NCBI GenBank assembly: GCA_030141605.1
Contig: JAQGDQ010000034.1
Coordinates: 372,001-436,000, forward strand
Reading direction: 5' to 3'
DNA from: Tubiluchus corallicola
Taxonomy: Eukaryota; Animalia; Priapulida
DNA: 64,000 bases
The translations under genes and the position numbers were made by a program. The notes beneath the pieces are model-generated. The model was given only the letters and a program-made list of their open reading frames with translations, was not told the DNA's origin and did not search any database. Position 1 is the stretch's first letter, and each line of letters begins with the position of its first letter. Of this stretch, positions 54,062 to 64,000 are shown in pieces.

Positions 54062-57000
54062 CATCTGTCTATTAATAACCTGAATGCTCTGTACAGAAAT
54101 AAGTAATTTCAACTAATACTGATTTACAGATATGCAAATAATTGCAATTAATGTCCGTACTAAAACAATGACAAGCAGCTAGGAAATCACCAGTAGATCG
54201 AATGCATTTGGACAGCCAACAGTACAAGCAATTTAAACAAGTAAATAATCACCAGGTCTAACAAAGACCGTTGCATTCATTCGACTAAAGTGACCGTCGT
54301 GGGCCTTCGCTTCACACACGTAATGTCCGTTGTACGCTGGCACCATGTTCTGTATGGAGATTGCAACAGAGTGCTTTGTCGTAGTTACTTTTGCACTACC
54401 TGCAAAATTAACAGTCAACTGAAATTCATGGCAATGAGGAACCTGACATCGTAGTATGAAGTTCTGATCAGGAATTTTTAGATGTCACTTCCATTACTTT
54501 AACATCATTTCCACATAACATTAACAAAAGTGAAATTGTTGGCTAAACAGCCACCACTTAGATTAACTAGTCTGGAATCCGAAACATTCGATTTTACTCG
54601 ATTCTTGAATTTTTTTCTGCCAAACTATTTAGATATGTCATTTAAAATGATATTTGTTGTTGTCATATAATGTGTTTTTGTGAATATGTCATTTACAACA
54701 TCATTTATCATTACTACAAAATTTGTTTCTTCGCAAAATTTAGAATGTAGAGTAACTTTTTTGTTACTCAATATACAAGAACTGACTAAAAACTCAAAAC
54801 ACAAACATCAATAAGAACGAGAAACCGCGAAATAAATGGCTTTATAGAGTTACTTTACAAGTGAGTAACTTGAAATTGTGGTCAGTCGGCACAAAATTTT
54901 GCATTACTTAATATAAATCTGTTCAAAGACAAAAAAATGTAGTTACCTAATTGTAATAATGCTTAAAATTGAAGACCAATCACCCAATTATAATAATGCT
55001 TAAATCAGAAGACCAATCACCCAATTATAATAATGCTTAAAACAGAAGACAATCACCCAATTATAATAATGCTTAAAACCGAAGACCAATCACTCAAGTA
55101 TAATAATGCTTAAAATTGAAGACCAATCACCCAATTATAATAATGCATAAAACAGAAGACAATCACCCAATTATAATAATGCATAAAACAGAAGACAATC
55201 ACCCAATTATAATAATGCTTAAAACCGAAGACCAATCACTCAAGTATAATAATGCTTAAAACTGAAGACCAACCACCTAATTATAATAATGCTTAAAACT
55301 GAAGCCCTAGGAAATTTATAATAAAAAATTTAAAATAATTATCAGCAACTGTTTGCAACAATTCTACTGCATAAAGTGCTTATTTGAAAACCCTCCTAAT
55401 AGCAGAAAAGAACATTCTTAACAAGGCTAGCACTTACACTGATGTCTGAAAATCCTACAAAATCACTCTTTAACTCATCTAGCTTTGGAAGTTAGCAAAC
55501 TTAAAGATTAATAAAAAGCCCTGCACACTCACACAGTTATTAACTACACATGTAAATTTTGCAAAAAAAGCAATGAAATGCGCGGCAGTATAAAGCAACT
55601 ATTTAACAAAAATACCAGATCTTCAATCTGACATTACCTGGTGGAAGACTGGATATTGGCACAGGTGTAAGCCACTCCACATTTAAATCAGCAAAGCGAT
55701 AGGTAACATCTTGAGGTGACACTATACAAGTGAGATTCAAAGTATCACCTTCCTGTATCAACAGCACAGGTCCTGGAAAAACCTGAAGGATGGGATTTCT
55801 ATCGACAACGCCACTCGGCGACCGCGAAGAAGTGGTGATCTCACCCAATGATCCTACTGCAATACAAACCATGCTAGTGTTAAAACTCTTTCCCGTTAAC
55901 AATCTTTATAAATTATTATCTAGAAAAAAATTCTAAAAATGGCACATACAAATTTATAACTAAGTAAACTAGTATGATGATGTATAACTTAAGTATGCAC
56001 CTGCGTTACTAATATATTACATTACTAATAATTTACTGTTAACACTACCGTAAATACGTCACTGCCAAAGGATGTACTGTAAAGGTGTGTACATCATGGT
56101 ATCAATTTTGGTGTTTAATTAATTAAATACCAGCGCCATCAGCATACATATAGACATAGACATAAGCGACAGTAGATAGTCCAGTAACTACAAGCAGGTT
56201 AAATGATGGCTGTTGTGCAAAAACGATTTTTTGCACAAGTAAACGCCAGTGTGAAAAACATACATTCAGTGTTGGAAATGAAAATTTCAAAGCATCAACC
56301 CTGCAAACAAGTTCTTGTAAAGTAAAGAATAAAGAAACTTCAATCAATCGAAGTGCTTAGACATAGACATAGACATTTTATTTTTCTCCAATTTGTGTCA
56401 CAAATTTCCATTTTACAAGAAAAATAACTTTGTCTGTGGAGATGGGGCGAGGAAAGACTGTCGGTCATCTACTTGCTCACCCCTTATAATTTAATATTGA
56501 TGACAGAAAAAAGAATTGATGACACAGGATGCAAATAAACTAATCAAAATAAAGGAATAACAAAAGCAAAATTATAAAAACAAACATAACAACAATACAA
56601 TAGCATAAGTGAAAAAAAAGAATAATAATAAATGAAGGGGATGAATAAGTATCACAATAATTAAACACCAAAATTTACTGCTTAGCTAAAGAACGAATTA
56701 TATCAGTTCTATCAGCTATTGTCTTCTTGATTTGATTCAAGCTACTCATGAATTATTGAAGACAATGAATGACAAACTACTCATTTTCAGCACGCAACTT
56801 CTTCACAATATTAAATCGTTATTACTATTTTGTTTTTCGCCTATTTTCAAAGACTTTTTCTCAAATAGCTTAGTTAAGTTGAAAAATCTGAGAATCTAGT
56901 CAAGTCAAAAATTTACCTGTTTTTGAAAGCTGGCAAATTAGGTAAATCACTAAAAACGTGAATGCTTTATCAACACCTGGTGAAGCGGCCATTTTTGTTT

Positions 57001-57970
57001 TTGTTCAGATTTTTAGCCTCTGCCAATAGACGGCAGTACATATTTGCGTCAGACCATTGGATGGAATACAAGGAGTTCAACTTTGGAATACCCTGCCATC
57101 CAATTTAAAACAAAGCAAGTCTTTTGACGAATTCAAATCAAAATTAAAAATACATACATTAAATATTTTTAAAAACCCAACATGCGTAAACGATAATATA
57201 TATTCATCCACAAATTATATATATATCCACATATATATATATATAAATTTTATTTACCCACGTCCATTTTAAATTATATGTATATATTGTATATAGTCTA
57301 TTATAATTTCCGTGTAATATTATGATGTATATTTTGTTTTAAATTTTTGGCACAGTACTTTTTAGTTTGCACTGGACGCATTTGCCTTTAACAGTTGTGT
57401 GAATTTCATTCTCATGCCGCGATGTTCTTTTATGCTTTTATAGTTGAGAATATCGGTTTTTCATATGGCAAATAAATATTATATATATATATAATCTGGT
57501 AACACCAGTCGCGATATTGCACGCGAATATTTAGAGGTTCTACACGTACACGTGTATATGCTTTCTAGCACCCACGGTCCACCCATATCCACATACAAGG
57601 AAGAAAGCTATAACATAAATTATTTTTTAAAGGAGCTCATCTGTAAAGTAGCTCGAGATAATAGGAGTGAGTAAAATACATGTGACGTCTCTTTTACACT
57701 GAGAACTGCACTTTTTATTGATAACAATTGGCTAGCCGTTTCGGTGAAGAGTTATACTTAGTGTCGAGAGTAGTGCTTACTAGTAGTGTTAAATGGTTGT
57801 AGAAAGACCAGGATATCGCTACATTAAAGATGCGGGTGTCTCATGCTCGGTTGAAAGTAGGGCTAAGTTGAAAGTTAATTAACTGAATTGAACTACTCGA
57901 GTATTGACTTCAGTTTTTTACCGTGTGTTAACTTTTGACAGTGTGCCCTATTCATTACTGTTACTTACAT
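46773..57970 (-). CDS. Single-pass membrane protein with Ig-like, LDLa, Cys-rich, TM and PPxY tail regions (LDLRAD3/LRP12-like, about 592 aa). Exons 57970-57969, 56300-56131, 55856-55638, 54399-54253, 52474-52352, 51689-51543, 50299-50145, 48420-48308, 47475-46773
   Basis: All joins are GT-AG and in frame (1779 nt). Ig: EGDTLNLTC...VEW...NGHYVCEA. LDLa: [39 protein letters not shown]: [23 protein letters not shown] followed by RYHKKR. Tail motifs PPPY, PPPPY and LPDY. The first two exons are less certain than the last seven. Confidence 0.85.
48515..49078 (-). mobile_element. TTAA-flanked Kolobok-like element, inverted diverged copy of 9721-10231, intronic
   Basis: TTAA|aggaaatgtcaa ... ttgacctttcat|TTAA. 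The reverse complement aligns with 9721 onward (gaaagg.ca.gtcact..gcttaaac..ttctataaagcat..ccgctat..agaaattt). Confidence 0.65.
53923..54071. repeat. (ATCT)n microsatellite
   Basis: Direct reading. Confidence 0.95.
54945..55304. repeat. 36-37 bp intronic minisatellite, about 10 copies
   Basis: Unit aattataataatgcttaaaacngaagaccaatcaccc. Confidence 0.92.
56359..56484 (-). mobile_element. LINE 3' end remnant with (TCTATG)n tail, same family as 7239-7366
   Basis: Hairpin ggggcgag..gactgtcggtcatcta.ttgctcacccc; the minus strand reads ttggagaaaaataaaatgtctatgtctatgtct. Confidence 0.55.
57040..57492 (+). mobile_element. 5'-truncated LINE (CR1/L2/Crack group) ORF2 C-terminus plus 3'UTR
   Basis: [26 protein letters not shown] is the typical terminal motif. 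The element ends gcaaataaatatt(at)n. Confidence 0.75.
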
Positions 57971-58139
57971 TGAAGACTTACTCGTTTCACTCTCAAATAA
58001 AGCTTTTAACTTAATTGGTAGCTATTTGTGCGACCGATCTCAGCGTGTGGTAGATTCAGTCTCTAGTGAATGGGAGAACATACAAACTGTAACAAGCACA
58101 TTCTCGAATTTCACCAGGTCACAGTAATGTCAAGATATC

Positions 58140-58270
58140 AGTTTCGAAACTCCCACGCGCCATACCCTCGAGTTCCTGATTTCACAAATTATTGTCACGT
58201 GACATGCAGAGCAGACACGCCATTGCGGCGCCAATCCGTTGTACGTTTGGTAGTGAAGCATAATCACGAC
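58140..58270. promoter_or_regulatory. Putative promoter of the minus-strand receptor gene
   Basis: Local CpG enrichment just upstream of the first-exon donors (57968, 57981), with a perfect GTCACGTGAC palindrome (58194-58203), a CCAAT and a cgccatt motif. Confidence 0.45.
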
Positions 58271-58791
58271 GGTAGTTTTTTTCGCTAAAAAATTTGAAGC
58301 ACTCATTATTTATTAATCGAAAACTGTATTTATTTCGCCGCTTACTATGACGTTTTCTGAAGAAGGAATCGATGAAGGTGGACAGGTAATTATCATTTTA
58401 TGAACATTTTGTTGCAGAATTATTAAAATTCTGGGTTTCTGCAATACTGTCAACAGAACAGTGGCACACTGACATGGCCTTTTGTATCACGATTGTGCAG
58501 CGATTCGGGATTTTAGTTTAGAGGTCAACTAAGATTAATACGTTAAATTGTCTTACTGAAAGAATCTAAGTCTATCGTCTACGGGCTGTTTTTCATTTTC
58601 TCATCACTAGCCTGTGATTTCTCATGGTTCATGCGCGTCAGTAGGTATAAATTTTATAGTAATTCGTCCTTATTATATTAATATGACGGTGGTATTATTT
58701 CATTATTATTATTATTGTCATTGTAAGCATAATTTGTAACGATAAGGAGTTGCCTTAATTGGACATATTGGTGGTTTCCAAAATATTATTA

Positions 58792-58829
<38 letters not shown>

Positions 58830-60217
58830 GTTATTATTATTATTATACTACATATATAATAGTCTGCTACTCGTTAACCTTTAGTTTTTCAACATAGGTT
58901 TTTCTCTGTTGTTCATTTGTATTTTTGTGTATTTGTTGTTATGATTGTAAACTGATGGAGAAAAATAAATTAATAATCTAATCTGATCTATGCTAGGGCA
59001 CTATTCCTGGTATTTTCGAATTTTAAACTATAATATACACAACACCAGTAAACTAAAGATGTATGTTTTTGTATGTAAAATAAAACATTTGTAATGCCAA
59101 CAATTAAATTCATGTGTTTACAAGTTTGCCTTATAAATTATTTAAATGAAATAGACGTTATAAAATAGCTAATAAATTGAACACTTGTTTAGATAAGAAT
59201 CGCAAAATAAACTAGGTGGCATTTGTAAGGAAATTGTAGCACTCCTATACACTCCTCAGCGATTACTTGGCATCTTACCAAACTTATCCAGCGCGGGAAA
59301 GCCGTGTCATTATTCTTCCGGTATTTTGGATGCGTGCCAAGTTATTTTGGCTGGCTGCCAAGTAAGCATGGACAAAGCCGGTCTGTCACGCAGCCTTGTG
59401 CTAAACGTGACTACGATTAACTGAATTTCGCTGACGCAAAAATGTTTCCCGCCCGCCCGTTTTAACCATTTTAATGTGAACGTTCGTCACGGTAAAAGAA
59501 CTTTCAGATACATACTGTATCAGTCGAGTTTTAAACAAGAAAGTGACTTCTCAAGGCCGATACTGTACGTAATTATCACTGCAAGTCTGCAGGCAAATTA
59601 ATTCAACTAAAGTATAGGGGACACTAAAAAAATGCAACGCGGTGATTACGAAATTAGCTTTTCTGTATTGGTTTTGAACGTTTTTGTTTACCAATAACCA
59701 GGGATATTTAGTAAATTTGATTGCATTTCAAAAAATTATGTGCAACACACAATAGAAATGGTTAAAACGTCCAAAAAGCAGGAGCATTCTGTAGCTTGGT
59801 CCACTAATACTAACTTTATTATCGTCATCATATACTCTTTACAGCTCTTGTAGGCATCTCTAAAATAAAAGAAATCTGTTCTCAAGATAGGTAAACACAG
59901 CAGTAATCCAGCAAAAAACTAGACAGTGCTATACCAGTGGCTTCTCAGCACCACCTTCGAATTTGACAAAGAATGAATGTAAAAAGCGATTCTTATAACA
60001 CAAAAAAAGAATATTTGGTGATGTAAATATAGTTACGTGTATTAATAAGCAATTAAAAATAGTTAAACGTACTAAAAATAATATGGCTAGAGAAGCATTC
60101 AAATTCCAGTGGCATTGCACAAGACAGGCAGATATAGTTGGAATTTTTCTTGTTTTATAAGAACGAGGTTCTTCTAAAATGAGTAAATTACACGAAGTAA
60201 AATTTATTTTGACTATA

Positions 60218-60538
60218 AGGGTCATTTCGTGTTTCTGTTTATAGAGTACGAATGTGTCTAACGAATATACTACATTAATTTTAATTTTTCTTTATTGATA
60301 CAGTAAGCTTCTTTCCGTATTTCTATTTATAGAGTACGAATGTGTCCAACGATTGTACTACATTTTATTTTTCTTTATTGCTGCAGTAAGGGTCTTTTTG
60401 TTTCTGTTTATAGTGTGGTAATGTGTCTAACGAATGTACTACATTTAATTTTTCTTCATTGATACAGTAAGGGTCTTTTCGTGTTTCTGTTTAGAGACTA
60501 ATGTACTACATTTAATTTTTCTTCATTGATACAGTAAG
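60218..60538. repeat. Tandem repeat of about 80-90 bp, about 4 diverged copies
   Basis: tttctgtttatagagtacgaatgtgtctaacgaat.tactacatt..tttattgatacagtaag is repeated. Confidence 0.85.
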
Positions 60539-63023
60539 ACCAAGTAATGCCTTTGCGCTACTTCAGGGTGACCTAAAACGTCCTGAAGCCTAAAATGGCC
60601 TTAATCGATCTATTAACCTATTGCTAGTGTACCGTCTTTTGCTACTGTCAAATGTCATCGTCTGTGTTGCTATCACGCAAGATTTACAAATCCAGACGTA
60701 TGGCTTCTATATACACTTCGCAAGGTGACCCGCGTGCTCATTCTGTCGCTGGCTGAAGCCACGCAGTGACGTCACGTATCTGAATGCATCATAAGCATGC
60801 AGATGACAGTATGTGGGCGTTTCTTGACGCGCGTGAAGGCTTCAAACACAATGACGTCACAGCGCATTTTGTGACTATTAAGGCAAGTTGTAAGGAAATA
60901 TTTAAATTGGGAGACGTTTCTATCAGTACTGGCTACCTGTTTTAGCTAAATTCAACAGTTAATTACATATAAAACCACTAGAAAATAACTAGGACTAGAT
61001 TTGTTGAATGATTTACTCGCACACGCGAGATATTGATTGTCTCGTGCGCCCACAGATTCCTGATCTGCTGCTGAAGCCAGTCTTTTCATTCATCGATCTG
61101 TTGTTGACACGTGACTAGCTGGCACGCTGCCAATATTCAGAACTGATTCACGCCGATACAATGATGCATTGAGGTTCGATAACAAACGCAAATAAGAACA
61201 TCTTTGGTTTCAGTTTTGGCTTCAGTATATGTGTGAACTTGGTTGAAAAAACAGTGGCAATTTATCTTACAGTGAAGTTACTGTACATGTAGTATTTAGT
61301 GTTATACTATTGTAAACTCGTCGATGTTGTAAGCTCATTTATTGATTACAACTTAATAGTTATTATAAAGTTATAATCTACATTGAAATTTTTTACGACA
61401 TCTTATAATAATTTCGCAGTATTCGTGAAGGACAAATTTTGTTTGTATCAGTTTCTTGTGAAAGTGTTACCTAAGTTGTTCCCATTATCTGGTCGAGTGA
61501 TTAAAGACAAATAGGAAGAAACAGTTCTCCACTTGTGTAAACAAAGAAGACTTGATAAAGAAGTGCATTGTGTCAAGAATTAGTCATGGAATTCTCCAGT
61601 GGCAAACCTCCACCTATCATAACCATTCATAAGCCTTCCCAAACGGCGGTAAGTTGAAAAGATGAGCATATACTTCTATGTAGTGGTTCGTTCCGCAAAT
61701 TTTTGGGCCAATAAAAATTTATAGACAGAGGAAAGGCTTAATACACGTATAACTGTAGAAGTAGGCAATAAATTCAGTCAATACTTTATAACGTATACTT
61801 CATTAGCAATCACTGTTGAGAGTGACAAACTGCGCTCTGCATAGTTTTGAAATTATTGAACGATGAATAAATTAGCTAGCTAACAATAACCGTGAATAAT
61901 TCATAATTTCTTGTTCATTTTACCGCACATGGGTGAGACCATTCCAACCCAACTGAGTTTAATAAACGAGAGAGAAAGTCGGCAAATGTCAGTGTCGTGT
62001 ACGTTTGTTTACAAACGCTGCCGGTTGGCATCTTGCCAAGTCGCTGACATTTACTACTGCCGGATAGCGTGTATTGAATGGCATTTTGGCGGCAGTAAAT
62101 CCGGTTAGTCAATGAAACTTTTATCATATTATATAACTTATAATAGCGGAATTCCTCGAACTGGCCAGCCCGTCTCTAATAATATAACATGCGGTATTTA
62201 TGATTTTATGTTTGCTTGGTAAAATTAGGAGCGTTCCCCTGCGTACGTGCATGATAAGTAGCAGTTTTTTTGCGTGCTTTTGAAGAAAATAAAAAGATAA
62301 TAAAGCTGGCGTGCTGCAGTTCAAAATTTTCTGTACATTTGGCAAATCTCAAAACATACGCAAAGTTACACATTTTTCTTGATCCAAATGACTGCCGATG
62401 TGGTCAACCTGTAGTGTCTAGCGATGGATCGTTAAAGTTAAAAATGTCATCTGAACGGCAATTGAAGGACGAATCTCATTGAAAACATGACTTGTCTTCG
62501 CGTTGCGGGCACTAAGCGAATTCGTCGACTCAACTTCTCATTAAAACTGTCACCTTGACAAAGTTATTACAGCTGTGACCTAATTAACAAGTTACCAAGT
62601 GTAATTCGTTCAAAAGTTGAATTTCTGTCTACTGTATTTACGCGAAATTACTAGCTATTAAATAGTTTTATCACACTGCCCGCCCCGTACATTTTAACAA
62701 TGTATAATCATTTTAATTTAGAATCACGTCTCAATCTGCATTAATATTAGCGTTTTAATTACACAAAGCATAAATTTATTTTATTACGTTAACCAGTTAT
62801 TAGCAAATTTGAATGTGAAACGTCAAAGTTATTACATTTTAAAAAATCGCTCACGCAGTGCACATTCTGCTTGCTGGTGTTAAATGGTCAAGCTGAGCAT
62901 TTTAGTTTGCTAAAGTATCTGTGTCAGTTCGTAAGGCAAAAAGCAATGAACAGCAATAAAATGTGTTATGTGTTTGCTCACTGTTCAGAGAGTATTCGAT
63001 GATTGTTGTTCAAGGGGGAGGGA

Positions 63024-63029
63024 GCGAGT

Positions 63030-63060
<31 letters not shown>

Positions 63061-63105
63061 GGGAGAGAGCAGGCGAGAGAGTGAGAGGAGGGAGAGAGAG
63101 AGAGA
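63024..63105. repeat. (GA)n-rich microsatellite
   Basis: Direct reading. Confidence 0.9.
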
Positions 63106-64000
63106 CTTTATTAATTGAATTTGCTAATTGCTCGGATATATATATGTATATGTGCAATAAAAGTTACGCTATTTGCAGTGGAGAAAGAAAGAGAGAGAGA
63201 GATATTACCACAGTTTTATTGAATTCTGTATGATGTAAGGCATATAATGCATATCAGTATGCTTATGCATTTGTTAAAACACTGCTTCTTTTGGAATTTA
63301 GAACTTAATAATTTATAAGGCGAAAAGGCAATAAATGCATGATTCCGGTTCGCTGCATCGTGCTTTTGGATTTGCAATAATGTATTTATATGTGTCAAAT
63401 CTTAATCAAATCATTTGGGCTTGGAATGTTTATCAGATTAAATGCAGCCATTGATAATCGGCTGTTGTAGAAGGCCGGCAAAGCCTACTTAAAGCAAACA
63501 CAGTTAGCATACTTGTTTTGAATATGTTCTCCATTTATATTATATTATTTATTTAATTGTGATATGTCTGTTTACCAACGTCATTTGAATAAATAAAGGA
63601 AGGCTTATTTATTAAATACTCAACACACCTTTTTCAGCAATAAAATCAAGATTTGACATTTGAGATTTTGAGTAACAGTTCTTCAGAGAGCTTCCTGACT
63701 GTTTTCCCACTTTTGGTCAAAGGATATTCGATCTTTTACTCTTTTGTTTCATGCATAAATTGAAGTAATTTCAGTCGTCTCTTAATTGTAATTAGATTCT
63801 TCAGTTCACTTGTTCAATCGGTAATGGGTAATAAAGCTGTAGGAAAAATATTCATGCAAAAAAATTCACAATTCTGGTTAGGTAAAAGTCATAATTAATT
63901 TTGCTTAAGTTACAATTAATTTAATTAGGGTTATATCTTTTTTTCTTATTCCTTTTATCCTCTGGGTTTTTTACGTGTATTTTCATTCAATCAGTCACCA

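Noticed and set aside
54945-55304. CRISPR-like array (37-bp repeats)
   Set aside because: Head-to-tail minisatellite without spacers, inside an intron.
60760-60865. Two TGACGTCA (CRE) palindromes as an enhancer
   Set aside because: The same 8-mer recurs many times in the window, often inside transposon-like sequence, and no linked gene was identified.

Overview
AT-rich, intron-containing invertebrate (metazoan) genomic DNA, not prokaryotic. Most ORFs in the supplied track are microsatellite or chance ORFs. I reconstructed two complete spliced genes by hand, lying tail to tail. (1) Rab3 on + (5 coding exons, 37141-42535, 221 aa, ending in CQC). (2) A single-pass receptor-like gene on - (9 coding exons, 57970-46773, about 592 aa) with Ig, LDLa, atypical Cys-rich module, TM and a PPxY-bearing tail; its start codon appears split by an intron. 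A TSP1-like exon of a third gene lies near 1.2 kb. The most unusual structure is at 15.6-16.9 kb. A 5S rRNA-headed SINE with a bipartite RTE-derived body sits next to an inverted, 5'-truncated second copy. The two copies share a perfectly identical outer flank while their interiors have diverged. The rest is TE fragments (LINE 3' ends, TTAA-flanked Kolobok-like elements, MITEs, a MetaSINE-like element), minisatellites with higher-order structure, and microsatellites. All family assignments are from motif recognition only; no searches were run.
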